A stretch of 64,000 nucleotides of DNA, from contig CAVTZU010000001.1 of assembly GCA_963739305.1 (NCBI GenBank), positions 551-64,550 of the forward strand, in the 5' to 3' direction. This DNA comes from Candidatus Bathyarchaeota archaeon. Lineage in GTDB: Archaea > Thermoproteota > Bathyarchaeia > Bathyarchaeales > Bathycorpusculaceae. A program made the translations under genes and the position numbers. A model generated the notes under the pieces. It was not told the origin of the DNA, made no database searches, and saw only the letters and a program-made list of their open reading frames with translations. Of this stretch, positions 47,298-56,153 are shown piece after piece (position 1 is the stretch's first letter; each line of letters opens with the position of its first letter).

Positions 47298-48272
47298 CTA
47301 ATTGCTGGTTTCACAGGGTTTGGTTGTTGTTTGGTTTGTTGAGAGTGTTTCAATTAGTTCTTTTTGTGTGGGTTCTATTGCTTTGATTACCTTTGTTTTT
47401 GTGTCTTCTAGTAGGGGTCTGTAGTAGAATTTCATGAAGATTGTTTGGCTTACTCTTCCTTGGAGCAGATCTATGAGTTCTTGCGGTAGAGTTGTTCTCA
47501 GTTTTGTTGCAAAGAGTTTTCTTAACTGTTTTGTTTGGGTGTCGAAGCCTTCTCTGCCAAGCTTTGTGTCAATGGCACTGTACTGGATTCTTGGTTTTGT
47601 TTCTTGTACTAGGGCTAGAAGCTGAGGAGTGATGATTGAGATGTAGGCGTTCTTTGATCTTCTGAGAAACAAGTCTGGAAACCTGAAGTGCTGGAGCATC
47701 ATCAAGTCCCTGTCAAGATACCCGTCTAGCATGTTCTTTTCTGAGAGTTCAGTGATTAAGCTGCATGAAACAGCTGCTTCAGTAGGTCTCAGACCAGTCA
47801 AGACAGTGAAGACAAGCACTGTTGAATATTCTCTTGGAAGCTTCTGAATGACCTTTTTCAGCCACTGTTCTGATTCTTCAAGGTTACTGTTGAGAATACT
47901 TAGGAAAATCTCTAAGCCAGTGGTGTTTTCCCATTTCAACCCATAGTTTCTGATGATCTGTTTCCATCCATCATAGATTCCCAAGTATTTGGACAGATTG
48001 CTAAGTGAGGACATCACCATTCTTCTCATGTCTTTGCTGAGCATTGGAAGCTGAGAAGCAAAACTAGGGTTCTCTAGTATGACAGAGTATCTTTTTGCAT
48101 ATCTCAGAATCTCTTTCACATGTTTCCTTCTGTGAGTATTGATTAGCCAAGATGCAAAGTTCTCCCATTGAACATCTTTAATCCTCTTGCACTCAGGAGG
48201 TCTGGGGTTCAAATCCCCATCGGGCCACTCCATTCTAGAAATAAGGCTTGCGTTAGGCTCATTTACTTGCAT
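47298..48272 (-). CDS. tyrosine recombinase/integrase, SSV-type (att core inside the 5' end of the ORF)
   Basis: GLRPTEAA Arg box, QLRKLFATKL, and LLQGRVSQTIFMKFYYRP with a candidate catalytic Tyr. Codons 11-29 are encoded by the attR core. The first 10 codons lie outside the element; an alternative ATG is at 48233. Confidence 0.8.
   Translation of the reverse strand: MQVNEPNASLISRMEWPDGDLNPRPPECKRIKDVQWENFASWLINTHRRKHVKEILRYAKRYSVILENPSFASQLPMLSKDMRRMVMSSLSNLSKYLGIYDGWKQIIRNYGLKWENTTGLEIFLSILNSNLEESEQWLKKVIQKLPREYSTVLVFTVLTGLRPTEAAVSCSLITELSEKNMLDGYLDRDLMMLQHFRFPDLFLRRSKNAYISIITPQLLALVQETKPRIQYSAIDTKLGREGFDTQTKQLRKLFATKLRTTLPQELIDLLQGRVSQTIFMKFYYRPLLEDTKTKVIKAIEPTQKELIETLSTNQTTTKPCETSN
48186..48243 (+). 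repeat. attR core (58 bp)
   Basis: Copy of tRNA-Ala nt 33-74 plus 16 nt, with G instead of T at the position equivalent to tRNA nt 70. Confidence 0.9.
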
Positions 48273-48442
48273 TGCTTTACTTGCAAGCGGGCGCTAGCCT
48301 ACATTCATCAAAGCTGTTGCCGGTAATGTTGATTTTTGAGGAACTATCCTGGAACTGTCTGGCATTGTTTTGTGTCATCGTGTCTGATTGTACCAAGGAA
48401 CAGAATTATTAGTTGCAGTTGTCATAGTTGCTAAAGGTGTAT

Positions 48443-48787
48443 ATGAGAAAGAAGCCTGCTCTAATTGCTCTGGTAATTCTTGCGCTTGGTCTGGTTGGAA
48501 CAGGGCTTTCAGCATTTTATATGCAGAATGAATACTCTGCGGATATAACAGTAAGCAAATTCACGGTCAAAATATCTCATGGTTTTCCACTCGGTTGGTA
48601 TGGACATTCAGACACATGAGGAGGCATTCCCTTTTCTATGACAAATTGGTTCTCATTAGAATCACTTCTACTGGATGCTGCATTCTGGATTGCCATCACT
48701 TTCTTTGTAAGTATTGCTACAATGAAATTAGTGAACATATTACACAAGACAAGAGCTTCAAAGAATCTGTCTGTTATTAACATATAG
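48443..48787 (+). pseudogene. small two-TM membrane protein, copy 2 of the duplicated module, with an in-frame TGA at 48617-48619
   Basis: MRKKPALIALVILALGLVGTGLSAFY...GFPLGWYGHSDT*GGIPFSMTNWFSLESLLLDAAFWIAITFF...KNLSVINI* in a single frame. Confidence 0.55.
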
Positions 48788-48878
48788 AGCTAGAATTGAG
48801 CTTCTTTTCTATCTGAAGTTCTATTTATAGCCAATGATGCAGTCTTTAATACTAATTCCACTAGATTTGATTTCTTGA

Positions 48879-49385
48879 GTGACTCAGATGTTGGACATAC
48901 CATCTATTTCAGCAATCGTAGCAGTAATAGGTGTTTTGATAGGTGTTGTCCTTGCAGTATTGGAGCTTAGAAATCTGGTTAAGCAGAGGAAATCGGACCT
49001 TCTAATGAGACTGCACTTAGCCTTCAGCACAAAAGAAACTTCCGAAGCAGTCCTCAAGTACATGTCCATAGAATACAAAGATTACGATGATTTCGTAGAG
49101 AAATACGGCTCACCCTTTGCTGAAGGACCAGTCCAAACAGTCTTCGTTATGGTGGGAAATTTCTTTGAAGGAATTGGTGTTCTTCTGAAAAGAAAACTCG
49201 TTGAGATAGACCTTGTCACTGAACTCTTCGCAGTTGAGATGTTCTGGCTAAAATGGAAGCCATTGGTTGAAGGCACGAGAAAACAATTTAACAACCCACA
49301 GCTCCTTGTGTGGTTCGAATACTTGTACAATGAAGCGAAGAAGAGAGAACAGAAGCTTCAGCAATCAGGTGTGAAGGGAGAGTAG
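48879..49385 (+). CDS. N-terminally membrane-anchored hypothetical protein (DUF4760-like architecture)
   Basis: TM helix ISAIVAVIGVLIGVVLAVL followed by a helical domain. The start is GTG 48879 or ATG 48888. Confidence 0.45.
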   Translation: MTQMLDIPSISAIVAVIGVLIGVVLAVLELRNLVKQRKSDLLMRLHLAFSTKETSEAVLKYMSIEYKDYDDFVEKYGSPFAEGPVQTVFVMVGNFFEGIGVLLKRKLVEIDLVTELFAVEMFWLKWKPLVEGTRKQFNNPQLLVWFEYLYNEAKKREQKLQQSGVKGE

Positions 49386-49393
49386 ATAGACCT

Positions 49394-49924
49394 GTGAGAT
49401 TTGATGTTGGCTGTGATTTGGATGAGTTTAGAAGATACCACAGGAACAGTGATATTCACAAATTTCTGAAGTCAACAGGAGTCACTGATGGCTATGATGA
49501 AAATCTCAACTATCTACTGAACGTTGTGATCAAAGATTCTTCTCAACTCATTGTCTGGAGGGAAGACAACAAGGTTGTGGGCCACGCAGTCTGGCATGAA
49601 AGCAATACTGAAGAACACAGAAAAGGTGATCCCAGAGAAAAAGAAGATACTAAAGCACTAAAGAAACTCTTGGGTGGAAAGAAGAACTTCGTTGAGCTTC
49701 ATGAAATCTGGCTGATCAAGGAGTACAGAGGAAAAGGCTATGGAGAAATGTTCCATGATTTCTTTGAGAAATTCATGAAAGACAAAGGCTATTCTGATAT
49801 TGTCTTCTATGCTAATCATCCTGCTGCACTAGCCATATGCCGCAAACATGGATACAAAGAAGGAGGATACCTAGCAGGACTGAAGGAGTATGTTTTCTGT
49901 CTCCCGTTGAAGAAGAATCCCTGA
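49394..49924 (+). CDS. GNAT family N-acetyltransferase
   Basis: HEIWLIKEYRGKGYGEMF (R-x-x-G-x-G acetyl-CoA motif) and ...AICRKHGY. GTG start 8 nt after the preceding stop. Confidence 0.75.
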   Translation: MRFDVGCDLDEFRRYHRNSDIHKFLKSTGVTDGYDENLNYLLNVVIKDSSQLIVWREDNKVVGHAVWHESNTEEHRKGDPREKEDTKALKKLLGGKKNFVELHEIWLIKEYRGKGYGEMFHDFFEKFMKDKGYSDIVFYANHPAALAICRKHGYKEGGYLAGLKEYVFCLPLKKNP

Positions 49925-50021
49925 GCCTTGCATTGTCTACGTTTCGAAATTCAGGGGCTCTTCAGCATTTTTGTGAACGTCAAAACATAATAGACCTGCC
50001 ATACATGACGTTGTTATAGCT

Positions 50022-50412
50022 ATGAAGTTCTTGCATAGATTGGCAGTTTATGCTCTGGTCACTGCAATGATTGAAGTGCCCTCTATCTTGGTACTGTACA
50101 GCTCTGGATATCCCAATGAACCCTTCTTCCAATTGGGTGTCTTGGGCATTTCTGATTGCTTAAAATCTCTACTTCTTGCTCATTGCCTTTTCTGCCATAG
50201 GTGGTCCAGTTCCTGGTCAAGGACCAAGAGACATCTCTTTTGACCTAGTCTGGGGAGTAGTGTCAATGTTCATAATCATAACTGCAATAGGAGAAGCAAT
50301 AAACTGGCTGATTGAAGAAGATCAGAAAACTGAGAAGACCAAAGAAACCTCAAAATCAAATCGACTTCTCCAAAGATTTCAGGGACTCCTTAGAATGTCT
50401 GTGTCTTCGTAG
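50022..50412 (+). pseudogene. possible frameshifted small membrane protein (two overlapping ORFs)
   Basis: ORFs 50022..50243 and 50176..50412 are both hydrophobic. Joining them near the A4 run at 50162-50165 would give a ~125-aa three-TM protein. Confidence 0.25.
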
Positions 50413-50453
50413 ATACGAAAAAGAAAAAAGGCGGGGACTGGTGTTTTGTGAGT

Positions 50454-50618
50454 TTAGATTTTTCTCTTGTTCAGTACGGATCTGAAGCTTTTTCCACAAC
50501 AGACAAAGAGTCCGATTGTGAGTTCAGTTCTCTTGCCACTCTTGTCTTTTCTGCCAGCCATCTTCCAGGTCTTCTTAGGAGTACTGACTTCTTTCTTACA
50601 CTTGGGACATTTAGCCAT
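50454..50618 (-). CDS. small basic protein with a zinc-ribbon-like N-terminus, 54 aa
   Basis: MAKCPKCKKEVSTPKKTWKMAGRKDKSGKRTELTIGLFVCCGKSFRSVLNKRKI. It is absent from the ORF track because it is shorter than 60 aa. Confidence 0.45.
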   Translation of the reverse strand: MAKCPKCKKEVSTPKKTWKMAGRKDKSGKRTELTIGLFVCCGKSFRSVLNKRKI

Positions 50619-51060
50619 AACATTCCCTTTTTACAGAGTTACATCAGATCAGGTTAAAACATTTTTCATGATTTTGGAATTCAGATTTCAGGGGGTAGTA
50701 ATGGAAGTATTGATTGGAATGACTTTGATTGCAGCTGGGATCGTGTTGTCAATGAATTCTCAACAAAGCGGTGTGGATCTAAGCAGGGATTGCTTCATCT
50801 TTGGCATCCCTCTCTTCGTTATTTGCCTAATCCTATTGACAATATGGAAAAGGTACTCTGAGAATAGACAAAGCAACTGAGTCCTATGCTTTCTTGTCTA
50901 CATCCCAGCATTGTCTGATTTGTTGTCCGCCTTAGATTGATACTACATTACTTTCAGAGACTCCCATGGAATTTCCAATCGAAGTTCCAATAGCGGAAAG
51001 AAAAAAGATAGTCAGTTCTGTACGTGTAACTTTCCTCAGAAGCCGTGTCTTGTTTCAATT

Positions 51061-51633
51061 CTACATTGGAATCATGCGCTGTCTGGTTCTGTTGTACAGA
51101 CTCCAGGCTACAAAGTACGTCAGCAAAGAAACAGCGAAGCTGAGAAACACATACTGACTCAACACTGAAAACAGGTTGTTTGACAAGTGTAATGCCACAG
51201 CAACCAAGTAAAAAGGAAAAGTCTGTTTCCTTCCGATCCCGTAGGCGATTATAGAAGTCGACGAGGCATGAAAGAATATTCCGGGCAACCTCACGATGAA
51301 AGGAACATTCAGGAGAACTACGTACTCTACGAACTCGGCGATGCCGAACCCCAAACCGACCAGGAAACCCAACGTGAAGATGGATCTCTCAGTCTCAGCG
51401 TGACGGTAAAACAAAGGATATGCCTTGGAAAACTCTTCAATAACAGGCGCCAGGAGGACCACTGAAACTATCGTGCCGTAGGTTGAGGACATAGTGACTG
51501 GCAAGAAACCTGAAAAACCGGTTATAAACAACGTTAAGGGGATGCTCACAGTGACTCCGGAAAGAAGAAAGAAAAGCTTCTCTTTCAGCTTCGGTTTGTG
51601 AACCGGAATTGTCATGCTTGCTTGTTCCGTCAT
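51061..51633 (-). CDS. intramembrane metalloprotease-like protein (PrsW/CPBP-type)
   Basis: Polytopic; IEEFSKAYPL (EExxK), FGIAEFVEY, HASSTS and HLSNN motifs. Confidence 0.6.
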   Translation of the reverse strand: MTEQASMTIPVHKPKLKEKLFFLLSGVTVSIPLTLFITGFSGFLPVTMSSTYGTIVSVVLLAPVIEEFSKAYPLFYRHAETERSIFTLGFLVGLGFGIAEFVEYVVLLNVPFIVRLPGIFFHASSTSIIAYGIGRKQTFPFYLVAVALHLSNNLFSVLSQYVFLSFAVSLLTYFVAWSLYNRTRQRMIPM

Positions 51634-51774
51634 CTAAACCAGCCACGTCACCCTTCTGAGCCGAAGATCAATGCCCCAATCCTAATGTCCAGGTTCTACT
51701 TGCGGCCACAGCTTTGGAATGGTTGAGGGGGAAATAAAAGAATTTGTGAATGCGCATGTGTAGTTCCAGCCCGT

Positions 51775-53199
51775 TCAATACAGTTGTTTCATTTGCGCGA
51801 TTATTCCTCTTCTTGCCATGTACATGTATATCCTTCTTTTCAGCTCATTCCGCGAAAACAGTCCTTGGAGCCTGCGATTCCAAGAACCGTAGAAGCTTCT
51901 GTAGCATTCGTAGAGTTCCTCTTGCACTTGCTTGACTGAGAGTGTTTCAGTCGGCATTATGGCATGGACCATGTCATAGTGCGACCAGTTCTTGTCTTCT
52001 ATCCATCCGTTCCGTTGTGCTTCATCGAAGATTTCTGTTCCCGGAAAGGGTGTGAGGACCGCAAAAAGCGCGAAATCGGGGTCTAATTCGTTGGCAAATT
52101 CCCGTAGACGAGCAATCGACTGAACTGTGTCTTTTCTTTGACCAGTTATGAACATTGCATGCGCGAATATCCCGTTCTGTTTCAGCAACTTTACGGCCTC
52201 TCTTGACTGCTGTGGTTCTAGGCCTTTCTTGAAAGCTTGAAGCGTCGACGGCTCAGAGTTTTCTACTCCGAGAAGAACCCAGTTTAACCCTGATTTTCGG
52301 AGTTTCGGGAGGGACTCTTTGTTTCTTATGATGTCGTCGCATCTGGATTGGATAAACCACGTCAGGTCTTTCGTTATTCCGCGTTTGAGGATTTCGTCAG
52401 CCAGATCGTTAGCTCTGGAACCTGCGCCGAAGTTGTCGTCAGTCAGCCAGATGAACCGGCTTCCGTAATTGCGGTAGCAGAACTCTATTTCGTCCGCGAT
52501 GCGTTTGGGGGATTTCAGCCGCCACTTGCCTTGCCAGTGTCGCCACTGGGTGCAAAAAGTGCACTCGCACGGACAGCCACGCGAACCCTCGACGAGCGCA
52601 TAGGCAACGTCTCGTCCAGCCATCGCAGCGAAGTGATACTTGTCAACAGTGTCTTTCACAAGATGATACCCTGGGTACGGGAGAGTTTCCAAGTCTTCAA
52701 TCAGCGGTCTTGAAGGGTTGTGGAATATCCTTCCTTCTCTTCTGAACGATATTCCTCTTATCTGCGGAAAAGAGGCTTTCTTATCGGCGTTAGCCACGAG
52801 TTCGCCAAGAGTTTCCTCTCCCTCTCCACGCACGATGACGTCAATGCTTGGATACTCATGCAGACTTTCGTCGGCGGTGGCTGTGAAATGCTGTCCTCCC
52901 GTGACCGTGAGGATGTTTGGATTTACTTCTTTCGCGGTTTCAAGCGTTCTGGCCACTACGTACGTGTTGCATGTTGACAACGAGCTTGAAGCCACAACGT
53001 CAGGATTAGAGGATTCTACATGCTTCTTGAGGCTTTGCCAGTCGATATGCTTGGCGTTGCAGTCCAGAACTTCAGCCTCAACGTCTTTGCTGTACTTTTC
53101 GAGGTAAGCAGCCAGCTGAATCATGCCGTACGGTGGGGGAAGATATTCGCCCATCACGAACCAGATGTCCTTCGGGGGCTCAACGAAAAGAACCTTCAT
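51775..53199 (-). CDS. B12-binding-domain radical SAM protein
   Basis: N-terminal cobalamin-binding-like domain and a CPCECTFC (CxxxCxxC) cluster. Confidence 0.85.
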   Translation of the reverse strand: MKVLFVEPPKDIWFVMGEYLPPPYGMIQLAAYLEKYSKDVEAEVLDCNAKHIDWQSLKKHVESSNPDVVASSSLSTCNTYVVARTLETAKEVNPNILTVTGGQHFTATADESLHEYPSIDVIVRGEGEETLGELVANADKKASFPQIRGISFRREGRIFHNPSRPLIEDLETLPYPGYHLVKDTVDKYHFAAMAGRDVAYALVEGSRGCPCECTFCTQWRHWQGKWRLKSPKRIADEIEFCYRNYGSRFIWLTDDNFGAGSRANDLADEILKRGITKDLTWFIQSRCDDIIRNKESLPKLRKSGLNWVLLGVENSEPSTLQAFKKGLEPQQSREAVKLLKQNGIFAHAMFITGQRKDTVQSIARLREFANELDPDFALFAVLTPFPGTEIFDEAQRNGWIEDKNWSHYDMVHAIMPTETLSVKQVQEELYECYRSFYGSWNRRLQGLFSRNELKRRIYMYMARRGIIAQMKQLY

Positions 53200-53362
53200 T
53201 CTAACGTTGCACTCTCTTGTTCTCTATATTTGGGCACTTTATGCTTAAAACTGCCGCGCAACGTCATATGATAGAGACTTAAGAGTGAGAAACACGCGGG
53301 CAGACAAAAACACTTATTGGACTGTCGCCGCGAATTAGAGAGCAAGGGAGTTCGGTCGAATA

Positions 53363-54226
53363 ATGTCTTACTGCAGAAAGTGTGGAGCAGAGTTGCAGAA
53401 AGACGCCAATTTCTGCGCTAGATGCGGAACGCCTGTGGCCAAGGAAGAAGCGATGTCTGCGAATCAACGCCAGACTTTCAAGATCGTGGGGAAACCTAAA
53501 GTGGTCGTGGTCAACCGGGCACCGGGAAGGGTTGATGTCAAACCGTCGGTTGAAGGCGAAGTCACTGTTGACTTGGATCTGCGAGAGCCCGAAGACTTGG
53601 AGTGGAGTATTTCACAGGACGCCAATACGGTTACGGTTCGATGCCGCGCTCTGGTTCACCCGTTTAGGTGGACGCACTACTTCACCTCAGGAGGACCAAG
53701 AGCCAACATCTCCGTTCTTGTTCCCAAAGAAACGGATCTCGACCTCGAGGTCAGCCTCGACCAGGTCAATGTAACAGGAATAAAGGGCGAGTCAAAAGTC
53801 GAAACATCAGTGGCAAGAATCAATCTTGAAAATGTAGAAGGAAAAGTTGACGTTAAGGGAAGAACGGGCACGATAGAATTGCTGAACGTCAACGGAACGA
53901 TTACTGCCGATAACACGACTGGGCCAGTAATAATGGAGAACGTCAACGGGACCATCTCGGTCCACAACACGACGGGTCCAATTCGATTCTCCGGAGGGCT
54001 ATCAGGTGAAAACTGGTTCAGAACGACCACTGGATCGGTAGAACTCAGCCTGACAGGAAAACCGGACCTTGCCGTTGAAGCCTATTCAAGGCTTGGATCA
54101 GTGACGTGCATTCCTGAGCCGGCGGATTGGCGTTATGAGCGAGGGCAATACGTAGGTCATTTTGGGTCAGGAACTGGAAAGCTGATCGTAGAGACGACAA
54201 CAGGCTCGATTGCTATTCGTCAATAG
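53363..54226 (+). CDS. zinc-ribbon plus repetitive beta-strand (DUF4097-like putative adhesin) protein
   Basis: N-terminal CRKCGAEL..FCARCG, followed by repeats NVEGKVDVKGRTGTIELLNVNGTITADNTTGPVIMENVNGTISVHNTTGPIRF. Confidence 0.7.
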   Translation: MSYCRKCGAELQKDANFCARCGTPVAKEEAMSANQRQTFKIVGKPKVVVVNRAPGRVDVKPSVEGEVTVDLDLREPEDLEWSISQDANTVTVRCRALVHPFRWTHYFTSGGPRANISVLVPKETDLDLEVSLDQVNVTGIKGESKVETSVARINLENVEGKVDVKGRTGTIELLNVNGTITADNTTGPVIMENVNGTISVHNTTGPIRFSGGLSGENWFRTTTGSVELSLTGKPDLAVEAYSRLGSVTCIPEPADWRYERGQYVGHFGSGTGKLIVETTTGSIAIRQ

Positions 54227-54234
54227 CAGATGGT

Positions 54235-54483
54235 TTACGAAGTATTTAGTGATCGAAACCCGGTCAGACGAATTTGGCATTCACACGTGTTGCACTGAAG
54301 TGTTATGCCATCTAGTTCATCGTGTTCCATTACAGCATCAAGAATTTTGTAGGTCTTCTCCGTCTCGTCGTCGGGGGAAATCCTCACGCCGCACTTCGGA
54401 CAGCCAAAATCACCTTTCCCCTTGATTTTTGTCAAATCGATTGTGAAGAATCTACAAGTTTGCACTTTCTGACCTCCAAACAT
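54235..54483 (-). CDS. small zinc-ribbon protein
   Basis: CPKCG ... CNTCEC pattern; 82 aa. Confidence 0.45.
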   Translation of the reverse strand: MFGGQKVQTCRFFTIDLTKIKGKGDFGCPKCGVRISPDDETEKTYKILDAVMEHDELDGITLQCNTCECQIRLTGFRSLNTS

Positions 54484-54548
54484 CTATTGCCAGGCTAGAA
54501 CCTAAAACGTTAACGGAACAATGTTTCAGTCGCTACTCTGTCACTTCG

Positions 54549-55250
54549 TTATCGCTTGTTCTGCTGACTCTTGTACACTTTTGTGACGGCTTGCTCAAAA
54601 GTGTCGCCTTGCCAAGTATACGCTCTTATCTCATCATCTAGAATCTTGGGCCCACCAGGGAGACCAAAGCGCTCCGTGTATTTGTTCAATAGCTCATCAT
54701 ACATTACGTCGGGCTGGCTAAGTCCCTTCGGAATTGCGAACGTTGCTTCTTCCTCCTTAGCGGGCGTTTCTGATTCCCCAACCTCGCCTGCTTCAGCCTC
54801 TTCTTTGGGTCTTGTTGAAGCGCCATATGCAATCTCCACGATGCCCAAAATCAGAATGACCACGCCCACTGACAGAGAGACGACGATTCCAAAGACTCCA
54901 AACATCAATACAAGTATCCCAGTGTAGATGAAGGAGTTGGCTTTGTCAACTTCTCTTTTGCGAAGACAGTCGGGACACAAGTGCATAGTTGCACTGGCTC
55001 CCCTGGTCTTGAGATCGAAGATCTGGAGACATTCTCTACAAAAGCTCCTGCCGCAATCGTCACACATGCCAACAGCAAACCGGTCACAGTGATTCGCACA
55101 CTGAGGGATATCGACTCCTATTCGAGGCGGAACACGGTACATTGCTCCGCAATAGTCGCACTTCAGCTGCAAAACATCAGAAGAAACCGGCCTTCTGTAC
55201 GGCGCACCGCAGAAGGGACATCGGATCTCCTTCGTCTCTTTGCCTGCCAA
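54549..55250 (-). CDS. zinc-ribbon / B-box-like zinc-finger membrane protein (tandem paralog A)
   Basis: CPFCG..CDYCG; C-x2-H..CDDCGRSFCRECL..CPDC; two TM helices; acidic linker; conserved C-terminal EIRAYTWQGDTF domain. Confidence 0.65.
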   Translation of the reverse strand: MAGKETKEIRCPFCGAPYRRPVSSDVLQLKCDYCGAMYRVPPRIGVDIPQCANHCDRFAVGMCDDCGRSFCRECLQIFDLKTRGASATMHLCPDCLRKREVDKANSFIYTGILVLMFGVFGIVVSLSVGVVILILGIVEIAYGASTRPKEEAEAGEVGESETPAKEEEATFAIPKGLSQPDVMYDELLNKYTERFGLPGGPKILDDEIRAYTWQGDTFEQAVTKVYKSQQNKR

Positions 55251-55358
55251 TCGATATCAAGAATTGATGTATTCCATCTGCTAATAGGCTTTTCTGGAAG
55301 GATTGTCATAGCATTAACTAAGCAATAGTGCTGAAAACGAGGTATCTGAAGATTAATT

Positions 55359-56081
55359 TCAACGAGAAGTTTTTCTCTTCTCGCGTTGCGCGATTTTTCT
55401 CACCGCATCCGCAAAGCTGTCACCCGCCCAAGTGTACGCCCTGATTTCATTGTCGAGCAACTGTGTTCCAGTCTGGAGCCCCCAGTGCGCGACGTACTCT
55501 GCAAACAACTGATCATAAATCCGTTCGGCCTCTTCAGCATCAGCCTCTTCAGCGACGACGCCACCAGTCTGCTTTTCAACGTTGCCTGCTTCACCTTCGG
55601 GTTCTTCAGTAACCCGGCTTCTTTGACTGAACGCGTAACCAATCGAGATAACGCCTAGAACGACCATAGGTACTCCGACTAGCCACGCTAGAGATGCAAA
55701 CGCCAAGATGGAGCCGAAGATGAAGAGCCCAATGATCAACAAGACACTGCCGAAGAGCAATTGAGCGTTGGCTTTTTCGAGATTTCGCTTCCTGAGACAG
55801 CTCGGACACAGATAGAGGATAGCTCTCTCGCTCTGAGTGGCGAGTGGAAACGCATGAAGACATTCCTTGCAGAAGCTTCGACCGCAATCATTGCAGATGC
55901 CAGATGCGAACCTTTCGGGGTGATTGACGCACTGAGGGATTTCCACACCGATTTTCGGAGGAAGGTGAAACGTCGCTCCACAATAATCGCACTTCAACTG
56001 AAGAGCATCGGATGGGACGAACTTTTTATATGGCGCGCCACAAAACGGACAAATGATATCTCTGGCTTCTTTTCGTGCCAA
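55359..56081 (-). CDS. zinc-ribbon / B-box-like zinc-finger membrane protein (tandem paralog B)
   Basis: Same architecture as 54549..55250: CPFCG..CDYCG, CNDCGRSFCKECL..CPSC, and EIRAYTWAGDSF. Confidence 0.65.
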   Translation of the reverse strand: MARKEARDIICPFCGAPYKKFVPSDALQLKCDYCGATFHLPPKIGVEIPQCVNHPERFASGICNDCGRSFCKECLHAFPLATQSERAILYLCPSCLRKRNLEKANAQLLFGSVLLIIGLFIFGSILAFASLAWLVGVPMVVLGVISIGYAFSQRSRVTEEPEGEAGNVEKQTGGVVAEEADAEEAERIYDQLFAEYVAHWGLQTGTQLLDNEIRAYTWAGDSFADAVRKIAQREKRKTSR

Positions 56082-56153
56082 ACCTGATCAACTAAGGGTG
56101 TGCTGACTATTCTAATAGGTCTTTCTCGATTGCGGCTAAAAATCAAATAACGG

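Larger units (their letters stand above)
44016..48243. mobile_element. integrated element (~4.2 kb) in tRNA-Ala with an SSV-type tyrosine recombinase
   Basis: Flanking 58-bp direct repeats, an integrase gene overlapping attR, and AT-richer sequence. A spot count on one 60-nt line at 45541 gives 35% GC, against 60% on a line at 27601. Confidence 0.8.

Noticed and set aside
48617-48619. The in-frame TGA as selenocysteine or programmed readthrough.
   Set aside because: I saw no SECIS-like hairpin. The TGA positions differ between the two copies, and the aligned codon in the other copy is TGG (Trp) rather than TGC/TGT. Nonsense mutation is more parsimonious. The observation is kept as a finding but not as recoding.
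49488-49530. A C box-like ATGATGA followed by CTGA about 20 nt later (possible C/D box sRNA).
   Set aside because: It lies inside the well-supported GNAT coding frame. Short motifs like these are expected by chance, and no C'/D' boxes or terminal stem were seen.
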